Shown: positions 36,278-45,923 of the stretch, piece by piece
Position numbering within the stretch: position 1 is the first letter of the stretch
How the letters are laid out: each line of letters starts with the position of its first letter
DNA from: Bacteroidales bacterium UBA1184
GTDB taxonomy: Bacteria; Bacteroidota; Bacteroidia; Bacteroidales; ML635J-15
Assembly (NCBI GenBank): GCA_002310235.1
Contig: DBYO01000035.1
Location: forward strand, 418-64,417
DNA length: 64,000 bases
Direction: 5' to 3'
Translations under genes and position numbers: made by a program
Notes under the pieces: model-generated
The model's input: only the letters and a program-made list of their open reading frames with translations
The model's database searches: none
What the model was told of the DNA's origin: nothing

Positions 36278-36730
36278 CTATCTTTCCTTAATGTCCTTCA
36301 GCCAATTACAATTCATAAAATCAGGCATTGCCAGACACCTATCTTCTGCAGCTCTCATAACCTCCTGATCCTCTGGTGTCTTATCTTTATAGCCTAACAT
36401 ATGCAGAACACCATGAATAATAACTCTGAAAATTTCTGTTGTTTCGGTTGAATAAGTTTTTGCGTTCTCTGCAACCCTATCAACACTTATATACACCTCA
36501 CCCGAAATTTTATTTCCCTCTGAGTTGTCAAACGTGATAACATCTGTAAAATAATCATGCTTCAGGTACTCCTGATTCATCTCCAACAGATAGTTATCGG
36601 AACAAAAAACATAAGAAATCTTCCCTACTTTTTTTTCGTGGGACTCAATTACGTCCTTTATCCACTTCTTAAGTGCAATGTACTTTACCCTCGGCTTTTC
36701 GACATCAGCACAAAAAAATTCTATTGCCAT
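36278..36730 (-). CDS. ybeY: rRNA maturation endoribonuclease YbeY
   Basis: The 150-aa ORF has the zinc motif HGVLHMLGY. Confidence 0.92.
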   Translation of the reverse strand: MAIEFFCADVEKPRVKYIALKKWIKDVIESHEKKVGKISYVFCSDNYLLEMNQEYLKHDYFTDVITFDNSEGNKISGEVYISVDRVAENAKTYSTETTEIFRVIIHGVLHMLGYKDKTPEDQEVMRAAEDRCLAMPDFMNCNWLKDIKER

Positions 36731-36731
36731 A

Positions 36732-39700
36732 TTATTTATCCTTTAAGTTTTTTAAATATTCCTTGTATTTCGTTTTATAATAGTCTTTTAACTTTAAATT
36801 CGACACCTGCAACAATTCGTTGAACCTTATCTCGCTTTCTTTTTCCTCGAAAGCTTTGTCGGGATTGCTTAGTTTATACTCCTTGGCTTCGTGCGACTGA
36901 CGCTTCTGCTCGGTTTCTCGCTCGTTCTGACTATTCTCCGCCTGAAGCAAACGTGTAATTATCTGCTCTTGACGATTTACTGTCTGCTGAGTGACATTGC
37001 GGTTTACCAAATCCCTTATATTCTGTTCTATCATCTTGTTTGCTTCCTGGAGATACTTTGCTGCATCGGGACTTAGCTCACCGTTCATCATATCGTTCAT
37101 CATCTTCTGCATCATCTCCTGCTGCATAAGCATCTTGGCAAGTTGCTCGCCGTTTTGCGCCTGCTGACCATTTTTCTTCATCTGGTCAAGCATCTGCTGC
37201 ATCTGTTGTTTCAGTTGCTGCTGCATATTGCGCATCTGCCCCATCTGCTTTTGCTGTGGCTGTCCCTGCCCCTTGTTCTTGCACTTGTTACAACTGGAAC
37301 TCGAATTACTTTGCATCTGCATCTGCTGCTGTTGCATCTGGTCAAGAGTTTCCGACAACAGCAAAGCAAGGTTATTTGCCGATGTAAGCGCCTTTTGCTG
37401 AGACACTTGCGCCTGATACTTCGAGGAATTTCCAAGATGATCCATAACTGCTGCCAATTCTTTGCGGATATTCATTATATCCGATGAAACTACGGATGCC
37501 AACCCAGGCACACGTGCCGACAATGCATTGATAGAATCACGTATCACAGTAAAGTTGTCGGTTAAATTTTTCTGACGTACAACATATTCCTTATATTGTG
37601 GCGATTTGTACGACAAAGGCTTCATTCCCAGCATAATATCTTCTTGATCGAACGAAAATGTAAGAACGTTCTCCAACATCTGCCTGATGTTCTCCATGTT
37701 CTCACCATTTTCATCCATCTCCATCTGCGCCATCATAGAGTCCATCTTCTGCGAAAGTTCCTGCATCTTCTGCGAACTGTTATTCTGCTTGTCCGACGCC
37801 TTGTTATTCTTGTTCTCATTAAGGTCATCGCTAGCCTGCTGCATTTCATTCGAAATGTCGTTCATCTCATTCTTGAAATCATTCAGAGGCATAGGCTCCT
37901 TTAATGCAGAATTTTTCTCCAAAGTCTTGTTGTACTCTTCCTTAAGCTTGTCGAACTGTTCTTTCAATTCAGACTGCTCTTTTTTGAGTTCTTCCTGCGA
38001 CTTGCTCTTTTCCTTGGTTTCCTCGGCAAGTTTCTTTTCCTTTTCGGCAAGGTTTTCCATCTGGTCGGCAATGCTCTTTACGCGCTCCTCGACCTCCGAA
38101 CGCTTTAGCAATTCAAGAGTATTGTCCATATTTTGCTCCATCTCCTCTACCGACATCTTGAACTCTTCCGACTTCTTGAAAAACTCATCCTTGTTGAAGT
38201 TTTCCATCAGCTTTTTCATTTCCTCAATCATCTGACGCATCTCGTCGGTCATGAGGTTTTCCATTAGCGCATTGATTTCGGCTTGCTTTTTAAGAAGTTC
38301 CTCGCTCTTGGAGAACTGCTCTTTTGCCTGCTGAAGCTGGTTTTGCTCGTTTTTTATCTGCTCCATTAGTTGTTCGAGCTGGTCTTCCTTTTCAATGATG
38401 TCCTGCATGAGCTGCGAGCGGTCATAGGGCGAGAGGCTTTCGTTTACAAGTTTGCGTTTCAACTCATCGATGCTCTTCTTGATATCTTCGCTTATCTTCT
38501 TTGCCTCGTCAACTTTGCTTTCGGTTTCACTGTTTGTCTGGTCGCTCATATCCTGTAAGTCCTGAGCCGACGGAATATTGAATTCCATGACCTTAGAACG
38601 TGCAGTCTTAGGTCCGCTATAACCGTCATTGTCTGCGACCTCAAAATAGTATGTAAGTTTGTTGCCAGTATGCTCAACCGACGCGAAATCAAATGCATAA
38701 TAGAAATCCTGGGAACTCAGCCTTTGCGAGAACTGCACTGGCGATTTTGAAATTTCCTTGTCGCCATCGAAACAATGAAAAGTCAAACGCGAAAAGCCAT
38801 AATCGTCATCTATAGAACCCTTAAAATATACAATTGCCGGATTCGTACTATCACGAGCTTCGTTTACCGCAATGGCTGGATATAAGTCGGGAATAACCTT
38901 TATTCTATACTTTATATCAATAATTTCGCTAAAATATTCATTTCCGACAAACAGCGAATAGTCGCTGCTTGCGGTTATGCGTTTGCTAAGCTTGTACTCG
39001 TTATTGTTCTTTTCGGTAGGTAGAATGGTGCTGTCCATCACAACAACGAGCGAATCGAGGTTTGCCGTACCGAAAGTCCATATCACATTTGAACCTATTG
39101 GCACTTCAATATCTCCAGAATTCTTGATTTCTTCAGCATCGAGTCCAGTGTATGCCATTGGTGTAATGTTAATCTTGAAATCCAGAATTATAGGTGCTGG
39201 CAAAACACTGACCTCGTAGTCCTTCGACTCGATGTCTTGTGCGGTGAAATAAAACTTGAACGAATTGTTTAATGTCTTAAAGTCGTACTTGAAGGTCGAT
39301 GCTGACAGTTTTTCCATATAGAAGGCATTTCCTCCGAAGTTTATCATTACCTGCTCGGGCACATATTGTCCTTCCACACGCAAATTAACACTGAAATCAT
39401 CGCCCTGGCGAACCTGCATCGTATCGTTTTCGAGTATGAACGAAAACGGAGCAGGCATTTCGAAATGCTCGTCGTACTTCACGATTCTCTCTGTGCCTTC
39501 GGTTACGATAGCCGGCTTGAACGAGATTATCAGCACGAAAACCAGCACAACAGGAGCAAGATAAAGTAGATACTTTACATTCTTCTTAATCTTTATTGCC
39601 GACAGGAACGGGATTGGCGAAAGTTTTTCAATTCTCTGCGAGATACTTGCATAAATAAGGTCGCGAGTTTCGGAATTTTCGTCAAGCAAGGAATTTAGTT

Positions 39701-40040
39701 CCAATGTATTTTGCAGTTTATCGGCGACTTCTGGAAAATGTTTTCCAAGAATGCGGCTTGCTTCGGAATACGACAAGCGCTTGCCGATTTTCATCAGTTT
39801 GAGCATCGGCCACAATATCATCGTCACGAAAACTATCGCATAGAGAGTTATCGATGATACAAACAAAGCTGTACGGAAAGCCGATGAAAATCTGCCGTAA
39901 TATTCTGCAATTACGACAATTAGATACCATAATCCCGATATTGCAAGTGCAAGTATAACACCCTTTACCATCTTATTCAGATAGTACTTCTTGATAAACT
40001 TATCAAGTTTAGAAATCAGTATGTTATACTTATCGACCAT
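36732..40040 (-). CDS. Large membrane-anchored coiled-coil protein with Q/M-rich tract (DUF4175-like, tentative)
   Basis: The 1102-aa ORF has N-terminal TM segments, a beta-rich middle region, a long E/K coiled coil, and then QQQMQMQSNSSSSCNKCKNKGQGQPQQKQMGQMRNMQQQLKQQMQQ. It ends 1 nt before the ybeY start. Confidence 0.6.
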   Translation of the reverse strand: MVDKYNILISKLDKFIKKYYLNKMVKGVILALAISGLWYLIVVIAEYYGRFSSAFRTALFVSSITLYAIVFVTMILWPMLKLMKIGKRLSYSEASRILGKHFPEVADKLQNTLELNSLLDENSETRDLIYASISQRIEKLSPIPFLSAIKIKKNVKYLLYLAPVVLVFVLIISFKPAIVTEGTERIVKYDEHFEMPAPFSFILENDTMQVRQGDDFSVNLRVEGQYVPEQVMINFGGNAFYMEKLSASTFKYDFKTLNNSFKFYFTAQDIESKDYEVSVLPAPIILDFKINITPMAYTGLDAEEIKNSGDIEVPIGSNVIWTFGTANLDSLVVVMDSTILPTEKNNNEYKLSKRITASSDYSLFVGNEYFSEIIDIKYRIKVIPDLYPAIAVNEARDSTNPAIVYFKGSIDDDYGFSRLTFHCFDGDKEISKSPVQFSQRLSSQDFYYAFDFASVEHTGNKLTYYFEVADNDGYSGPKTARSKVMEFNIPSAQDLQDMSDQTNSETESKVDEAKKISEDIKKSIDELKRKLVNESLSPYDRSQLMQDIIEKEDQLEQLMEQIKNEQNQLQQAKEQFSKSEELLKKQAEINALMENLMTDEMRQMIEEMKKLMENFNKDEFFKKSEEFKMSVEEMEQNMDNTLELLKRSEVEERVKSIADQMENLAEKEKKLAEETKEKSKSQEELKKEQSELKEQFDKLKEEYNKTLEKNSALKEPMPLNDFKNEMNDISNEMQQASDDLNENKNNKASDKQNNSSQKMQELSQKMDSMMAQMEMDENGENMENIRQMLENVLTFSFDQEDIMLGMKPLSYKSPQYKEYVVRQKNLTDNFTVIRDSINALSARVPGLASVVSSDIMNIRKELAAVMDHLGNSSKYQAQVSQQKALTSANNLALLLSETLDQMQQQQMQMQSNSSSSCNKCKNKGQGQPQQKQMGQMRNMQQQLKQQMQQMLDQMKKNGQQAQNGEQLAKMLMQQEMMQKMMNDMMNGELSPDAAKYLQEANKMIEQNIRDLVNRNVTQQTVNRQEQIITRLLQAENSQNERETEQKRQSHEAKEYKLSNPDKAFEEKESEIRFNELLQVSNLKLKDYYKTKYKEYLKNLKDK

Positions 40041-40164
40041 TACAATTGTTAGAAATTGACAAAAATAATAAAAAGACCTTATGTATCAAAATAAAAAAAA
40101 TTTAGTCAGATAATGTCATGCAATAAACTTGCCATTGTATATGGCCTGGCATTAAACTACCATA

Positions 40165-40194
40165 ACAAAAAAGCCGACAAAACTGCCGGCTTTT
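40165..40194 (-). terminator. Rho-independent terminator after the S46 peptidase gene
   Basis: The minus strand reads aaaagccggc-agtttt-gtcggct followed by tttttt. Confidence 0.75.
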
Positions 40195-40214
40195 CCATGT
40201 GATAAATTTTAGTT

Positions 40215-42374
40215 CTATCTCTTTATGTCCATCTCCTTAATCAAGTTCTGCGCATTAGCATACTTGTCGATGATGAACAAAGCGTATCTTACATCCAAGC
40301 AGATGCATCTCTGCAGGTTTTCTTCGAAGTCGATGTCGCCCGACATTGCCTCGCTGTTGCCGTCGAATGCAAGACCTATAAGTTCGCCATTGCCATTTAT
40401 TACCGGGCTACCAGAATTTCCACCGGTAATGTCGTTGTTGGTAATGAAGCAAGTAGGAACATCGCCGTTCTTGTTTACATAGGGACCGAAGTTCTTGTCC
40501 TTGTAAAGCTGTTTCAACTTTTCGGGAACGATAAATTCGTAGCTGTCAGGATTTTCCTTTTCCATTACGCCCTTCAATGTTGTAAAATAATCGTAGAATA
40601 CGCCATCACGAGGCTCGTAGCTCTTTACATTTCCGTAAGTCATTCTTATGGTAGAGTTAGCATCGGGTGCGAAATTCTTACCTTCGTTCATAGCGAGTAC
40701 ACCTTCGATGAAAATACGATTATTGCGCTCAAGGTCAACAGAAAGGTCGTTGTATTCGTTGTAAACGCCTCTGTAAACATCAATAATATCGTTACCCATT
40801 TGCAATACCGGATCTTTGGTGAATGCAGAACCTGAGGGCTTGTCGAGGAACGCATTGAACTTAGCTTCGGTTGCGAAAATTGACTTTGAGAATGCATCGT
40901 CAACATACTTTTCCACATCGCCTTTGTACTTGGTCTGTATTGTCTTGAAGAATTCTGGATAATACTTGGCATCCATTTCGTCGTATGCTTTGCGGAACAA
41001 CGCCTTCATCAAGGCACGCTCTGTTTCTGGATCATAGTCTTTGTAGAAAGCTTTTGCTGGTTCTCTCATATCGCTGACTGCAGAATTTATTTCTGCTATT
41101 TCCTTTGAAGCGAAAGCTGTAGCCATCGATCTGCAACCAAAAGCATAATATGGAAGTTCGGTGCCGAGAAGAGCTTCTGTTATATACATTTTTGCAACAG
41201 CCTGTGCTTTTCTCGACTGGTATATCTTCTGCAAAGCATTCAAAGCATTGCGATACTTAGGTTCACCCTTTCCATCTGCCCACTTGCACAAGTCAGCCTC
41301 AATGTCCTTCTTTATTCCCATGGTATTGAGGTGAGCAAGAGCCTTGTTCTGCTCGTTCGAATACTTCCAGTAATTTGAACATGAAGCATATTTCGAAGCA
41401 TACTGAATCTTTACCTTCGGATCGGCATTCATCTTCTTGCGCAACACATTTACCTTAACATCTCTGATTTCGTATCTCAGTTTGTTTGTTACCTGCATAA
41501 CTTCTTCAAGTCCGTACGAAGTCACGTATCTGTTGGTTGTTCCAGGGAAGCCCATTACCATTGCGAAATCGCCATCTTCAATTCCCTTAGCGCTTACAGG
41601 AAGGAAATGCTTGGGTTTCAGAGGAACATTGTTCTTTGCATACTTTGCAGGTGAACCATCTGGAGCAGTATAAATTCTGAACATCGAGAAGTCGGCAGTA
41701 TGGCGTGGCCACATCCAGTTGTCGGTATCACCGCCAAACTTACCCATTGATGAAGGAGGAGCACCAACAAGACGAACATCCTGATATATAACATATACGA
41801 GCAAGAAATACTGGTTTCCGCCAAACATGTCCTTTACCTGTGCCTTGTAGTTTGTTCCAGCAACTGCATTGTCAACTATGGTTTTGGTTGCCTTTTTCAA
41901 TGCAATGTTACGGTCCTTTTCCGACATATCCTTCTTGAACGACTTTTCGATTTCGGCAGTAACATCTTCGATACGAACAAGAATTGATGCTGTGATACCA
42001 GGATTCGACAATTCCTCAGACTTCGAGTATGCCCAGAAACCATCCTTCAAATAGTCGTGTTCCACTGTCGAATGGGTCTGAATCATTGAATATCCGCAGT
42101 GGTGATTGGTGAACATAAGGCCTTCGCCCGAAACAATTTCGCCAGTGCAGAAATGCCAGAACGGAGAACCATCCTTGCCCAAACCAACAACTGCATCCTT
42201 TATACAGCCTTGGTTTACACTATATATGTCCTCAGGGGTCAACTTGAACCCCTGCTTCTTCATATCATCGTAGTTCTTGCCAATCATCGACAATAGCCAC
42301 ATACCTTCGTCTGCCCTTGCAGTGAATCCCATTGCAAAAACAAACACGAACAAAATCGCTGTAAATCTTCTCAT
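40215..42374 (-). CDS. S46-family dipeptidyl-peptidase (DPP7/DPP11 type)
   Basis: The 719-aa ORF has ADEGMWL after the signal peptide, FTNHHCG (catalytic His) and GGNSGSPVINGNGELIGLAFDGN (catalytic Ser). Confidence 0.92.
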   Translation of the reverse strand: MRRFTAILFVFVFAMGFTARADEGMWLLSMIGKNYDDMKKQGFKLTPEDIYSVNQGCIKDAVVGLGKDGSPFWHFCTGEIVSGEGLMFTNHHCGYSMIQTHSTVEHDYLKDGFWAYSKSEELSNPGITASILVRIEDVTAEIEKSFKKDMSEKDRNIALKKATKTIVDNAVAGTNYKAQVKDMFGGNQYFLLVYVIYQDVRLVGAPPSSMGKFGGDTDNWMWPRHTADFSMFRIYTAPDGSPAKYAKNNVPLKPKHFLPVSAKGIEDGDFAMVMGFPGTTNRYVTSYGLEEVMQVTNKLRYEIRDVKVNVLRKKMNADPKVKIQYASKYASCSNYWKYSNEQNKALAHLNTMGIKKDIEADLCKWADGKGEPKYRNALNALQKIYQSRKAQAVAKMYITEALLGTELPYYAFGCRSMATAFASKEIAEINSAVSDMREPAKAFYKDYDPETERALMKALFRKAYDEMDAKYYPEFFKTIQTKYKGDVEKYVDDAFSKSIFATEAKFNAFLDKPSGSAFTKDPVLQMGNDIIDVYRGVYNEYNDLSVDLERNNRIFIEGVLAMNEGKNFAPDANSTIRMTYGNVKSYEPRDGVFYDYFTTLKGVMEKENPDSYEFIVPEKLKQLYKDKNFGPYVNKNGDVPTCFITNNDITGGNSGSPVINGNGELIGLAFDGNSEAMSGDIDFEENLQRCICLDVRYALFIIDKYANAQNLIKEMDIKR

Positions 42375-42400
42375 AAATCCAATTTTAAACTATTTATATT

Positions 42401-44503
42401 CTACTTTTTATATTTCTCCAAACCTTCGTTAAGGAATTCCATAAATTCCTCGGCATTAGTGTTGTACGACATCGGTTTCGTAAGCACCTGACCTTCGGGA
42501 GTTACAACCACGTAGTACGGCTGAGTGTTGCATTGGAAGTTGACAATCTGGATATCAGCATTCACCTCGCCCAATGTCTTCTTCACCTTGCCGTCGTTCG
42601 ACGAAGTAAACTGCTCTTCGGCAGGCACTTCTACCGACTTTTCATCGACATACAAGGCTGTCATTACAAACTCGTTGTTGAACTTTTCGGCAATCGACTT
42701 GTTAGCCCAGATTTCGGCCTGCATCTTCTTGCAGTTTGCGCACGAATGTCCTGTGAAATATAGTATCACAGGCTTGTTCTGCGACTTGGCGCACTCGAAC
42801 GCCTGCTTGTAGTCGAAATATGCATTGACACCGTAAGCAGTATGCATCGACTCCGAATATTTTGGTGTTCCACACAAAGCGCCTTCCGAAGCAGCGCCAC
42901 CATCATCGGCAAGGTTGAAGTTCTGCGTAGTCATTGGCGGAAGCAAGCCCGATACGGATGAAAGGTTAGCGCCGAACATTCCTGGGAACAAATAAAGTGC
43001 GAACACAAAGAACGCAGATGCCAGAATCATACGGAAGAAACCGACAGTCTTGACCTCGCTGTCCATTTTGAAACGAATCTTGCCGAGAAGATAAAGTCCG
43101 CACAAAACACTGATTACAATCCAGATGGCAATGTAAAGTTCGCGGCTCATAATGTCGAGGTGATAGTTCTGGTCGATGTTGGAGAAGTACTTGAGCGAGA
43201 ATGCCAACAGGCAGAAGCCCATTACAACCTTCACAGAGTTCATCCATCCGCCCGACTTCGGCAACTTCTTGAGCCAGTTTGGTGCTATTGCCAAAATTGT
43301 GAACGGCAAAGCGAAACCAAGTCCGAAACCTAACATTCCGATTGTCGGCTCAAGTACGTTTCCTCCGGCAGCCTTAACCAGCAAAGCACCAACTATAGGT
43401 CCTGTGCAGCTGAAGCTAACTATTACAGTAGTAAGTGCAAGGAAGAATGATGCAAAGATTCCGCCCTTATCGACCTGCTTGTCGCTCTTGTTTGCCAGCG
43501 AAGTCGGCAATATAATCTCGAACAGACCGAACAACGATGCGGCAAATGCAACAAACAAAATGAAGAATATAAGGTTAGGAATCCAGTGTGTGCTAAGCAC
43601 CGTTGTTAGTCCAGCCCCAGCATTTGTAAGCGAGACAATAACACCAATCAACGTGTAAAGTATGGTTATTGAAATTCCAAAAATCAAAGCCTTGAGTATC
43701 GAGTTGAACTTGCTCGAATCGCCCTGCATGAAGAAGCTGATAGTCATAGGAATCATCGGGAACACGCAAGGTGTGAGGATACCAAGAATACCGAACAGCA
43801 GCGAAAGAAAGAAGAATGACCACAACGAGCCGTCCTCATCTGGTTCTTCGACAAACTCATTCTGCGAAACTATGCGTGGAGTTCCGCCCTTATCCGACTG
43901 AACGGGTTCTGCAACTACTTCAGCGGAGTCGGCAGCAGTTTCTTCTTCTGCAACGACAGCATCGGTTGCTTCTTGTGCCTTATTGTCGGTTTCGGTTTTA
44001 GCATCAGCGGTATTTGCTGATTCGGCAACTTCTTTCTTTGGCAAATCGATATTGAACTTTGCATCGGCATTTACCGGCAAGCACTGTCCGTCTTCGAAGC
44101 AAGCTTGTCCCGACAATGAAGCCGTTACCGAGAACGAAGCATCTGCAGTAGCCTCTATTTTCTGCTTGAAAGTAGCCTTCTTGGTAAAATACTTGACATT
44201 TACCATGAATACATCATCGTATTCAGCAGTTGGAGCTGGCGATTCGGTAGTTGCGCCTACCAGTTTGTACTTGCCCGACTTGTCGAACTTTATTTCGAGA
44301 GGCATAGGTCCACCTGCATCGAAATGCTGTGAATAGAGGTGCCACTTGTCCTCGATTGTTGCTGTCATTACAAGATTGAATTCCTTGTCGGAAATTTTCT
44401 CGGTCGAGAATTTCCACTTAACAGGTTCGGCCATCTGTGCAAAAAGCATTGAGAATGCGAACATTGCAGTAGCCAACAAAAAGATTTTTCGCAAAAAGTT
44501 CAT
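42401..44503 (-). CDS. dsbD: DsbD-family thiol:disulfide interchange protein (N-domain + cytochrome c biogenesis TM core + thioredoxin domain)
   Basis: The 700-aa ORF has the TM core with LTPCVFPMIPMT and the C-terminal sequence ILYFTGHSCANCKKM. Confidence 0.88.
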   Translation of the reverse strand: MNFLRKIFLLATAMFAFSMLFAQMAEPVKWKFSTEKISDKEFNLVMTATIEDKWHLYSQHFDAGGPMPLEIKFDKSGKYKLVGATTESPAPTAEYDDVFMVNVKYFTKKATFKQKIEATADASFSVTASLSGQACFEDGQCLPVNADAKFNIDLPKKEVAESANTADAKTETDNKAQEATDAVVAEEETAADSAEVVAEPVQSDKGGTPRIVSQNEFVEEPDEDGSLWSFFFLSLLFGILGILTPCVFPMIPMTISFFMQGDSSKFNSILKALIFGISITILYTLIGVIVSLTNAGAGLTTVLSTHWIPNLIFFILFVAFAASLFGLFEIILPTSLANKSDKQVDKGGIFASFFLALTTVIVSFSCTGPIVGALLVKAAGGNVLEPTIGMLGFGLGFALPFTILAIAPNWLKKLPKSGGWMNSVKVVMGFCLLAFSLKYFSNIDQNYHLDIMSRELYIAIWIVISVLCGLYLLGKIRFKMDSEVKTVGFFRMILASAFFVFALYLFPGMFGANLSSVSGLLPPMTTQNFNLADDGGAASEGALCGTPKYSESMHTAYGVNAYFDYKQAFECAKSQNKPVILYFTGHSCANCKKMQAEIWANKSIAEKFNNEFVMTALYVDEKSVEVPAEEQFTSSNDGKVKKTLGEVNADIQIVNFQCNTQPYYVVVTPEGQVLTKPMSYNTNAEEFMEFLNEGLEKYKK

Positions 44504-44594
44504 ATACGTTTTGTTTTGTGAATTGCAAAATTAAAAATAAATTTATGATTTACGATGGATGATTCTGGTTTTTTGTTGGCAAACCAACAAGATA

Positions 44595-45581
44595 TTATTG
44601 ATTGCGGACTGGTCGCACCGACATTCCATAATAACGATGCGCGTTTTCCCTGACGGGTCCGTCATAACCAACCTTCAAATAATAAGCATCAGGCGGCCAA
44701 GGATCGTAAATATGACTTGACCAATAATAGCCCGTAAAAGGACTATATGCTCCGCAAGTTTCATTGGAATACTCTCCCGCTCCTGGCAAAAATATAGTTC
44801 TGCCATTGGGTCCTGTGAAAATCGCACCTTTGACACCATTGCTTAACGACCATGAAAACGTACAATACTCAATAAGCTCCCATATATCATGTTTGGTTGG
44901 GGTTTTCCAATCGTTCCCCCAGCAAACTGTAGCAGCATCGTCGGAAGCCTCCAACACGACAAGATCATCCTCGTAATCATTATAACCGAATTCGGGGCTA
45001 GGACAATATTTTAACAGGTTGGCATCACAACTATGACAGAGCAGATACGTCGACCATCTGTAACTGTTTTTTTGTGACGTTTCGCCCCACGCAAAGTAAC
45101 TTCCATAATCTTCAGGTCTGGCAGCACCTACATTGCAAGTTGCCCACAATGTACCACTAGGCAAACCGAGGTCAACATATTCGTGGGTTGCGGGAGGTAC
45201 CACTGGATTGCCACCACCAGAACCGCCACTGCCCCCACCCGATTGTCCTCCTGAACCACCAGTGGAACTTGCATACGACCATTGCGCATAAAGGATCATG
45301 TCAGCTGTCAATGATATTTCTTCGCATTCGGCATACGATATGCCCGTATTGTCAGCCATCGTATTCCAGCCCACAAAGTTGTAGTTTTCACGTGTAAACT
45401 CATTGGGCGACAAAGCTTTTTCTATCCCATCGACAAACACCTGCGATGGCATTGTTCCACTTCCTCCATTTGGATCAAAAGTAACAGTATACGTCTTTAT
45501 ATCCCACAAATCACAACCATCAAACGCTAACATTCCCAACAGAAAAAGCGCGACGGTTATAGCAAGATTTCCTCTATTCAT
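44595..45581 (-). CDS. Lipoprotein: Listeria-Bacteroides (InlB B-type) repeat + G/S linker + DUF1566-like module (fourth family member)
   Basis: The 328-aa ORF has the lipobox LAFDGC, then YTVTFDPNGGSG...FVGWNT..., the linker GGSGGQSGGGSGGSGGG, and then YVDLGLPSGTLWATCNVGA..YFAWGETS..WKTPTKHDIWEL..YYWSS..GMSVRPVR. Confidence 0.85.
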   Translation of the reverse strand: MNRGNLAITVALFLLGMLAFDGCDLWDIKTYTVTFDPNGGSGTMPSQVFVDGIEKALSPNEFTRENYNFVGWNTMADNTGISYAECEEISLTADMILYAQWSYASSTGGSGGQSGGGSGGSGGGNPVVPPATHEYVDLGLPSGTLWATCNVGAARPEDYGSYFAWGETSQKNSYRWSTYLLCHSCDANLLKYCPSPEFGYNDYEDDLVVLEASDDAATVCWGNDWKTPTKHDIWELIEYCTFSWSLSNGVKGAIFTGPNGRTIFLPGAGEYSNETCGAYSPFTGYYWSSHIYDPWPPDAYYLKVGYDGPVRENAHRYYGMSVRPVRNQ

Positions 45582-45685
45582 AAACTTAAATCTAATTATT
45601 CTGCAAAAATAATAAGAACATAGACATATTATCGAAAAATAAGCTCAACTTCGTGATATTTTTTTGCGCATTCAAGAAAAAGATG

Positions 45686-45693
45686 TAATTTTG
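45686..45693 (+). promoter_or_regulatory. -7 box (TAatTTTG) upstream of the tRNA-Val pair
   Basis: taattttg ends 12 nt upstream of the tRNA 5' end. Confidence 0.5.
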
Positions 45694-45705
45694 TCGCCAC
45701 TTTCT

Positions 45706-45780
45706 GATCTGTTAGCTCAGTTGGTTTAGAGCGCTTGCTTGACAGGCAAGAGGTCACAAGTTCAAATCTTGTACAGATCA
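45706..45780 (+). tRNA. tRNA-Val (anticodon GAC)
   Basis: GATCTGTTAGCTCAGTTGGTTTAGAGCGCTTGCTTGACAGGCAAGAGGTCACAAGTTCAAATCTTGTACAGATCA folds as a cloverleaf by eye. The anticodon loop is TTGACAG. Confidence 0.9.
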
Positions 45781-45788
45781 CTTTCATT

Positions 45789-45863
45789 GGTCTGTTAGCT
45801 CAGTTGGTTCAGAGCGCTTCCTTCACACGGAAGAGGTCAACAGTTCGAATCTGCTACAGACCA
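45789..45863 (+). tRNA. tRNA-Val (anticodon CAC)
   Basis: GGTCTGTTAGCTCAGTTGGTTCAGAGCGCTTCCTTCACACGGAAGAGGTCAACAGTTCGAATCTGCTACAGACCA. The anticodon loop is TTCACAC, and the T stem has one mismatch. Confidence 0.88.
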
Positions 45864-45865
45864 CC

Positions 45866-45897
45866 AACCTCGCTTACAAAGTCGAGGTTATTTTTTT
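45866..45897 (+). terminator. Rho-independent terminator after the tRNA-Val pair
   Basis: The sequence is aacctcg-cttacaaagt-cgaggtt followed by attttttt. Confidence 0.8.
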
Positions 45898-45923
45898 ATA
45901 AATAATCTAAAATTGATTAACGA

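Noticed and set aside
44570-44588. Hairpin ttgttgg-caaa-ccaacaa considered as the terminator of 44595..45581
   Set aside because: The stem is only 7 bp, and the T-run is on the wrong side for the minus-strand gene, so I did not call it.
45200-45290. The GGSGG-rich coding stretch (also 8270-8300) considered as collagen-like or phase-variable repeats
   Set aside because: These are short flexible inter-domain linkers. There is no perfect nucleotide repeat that would support slippage.
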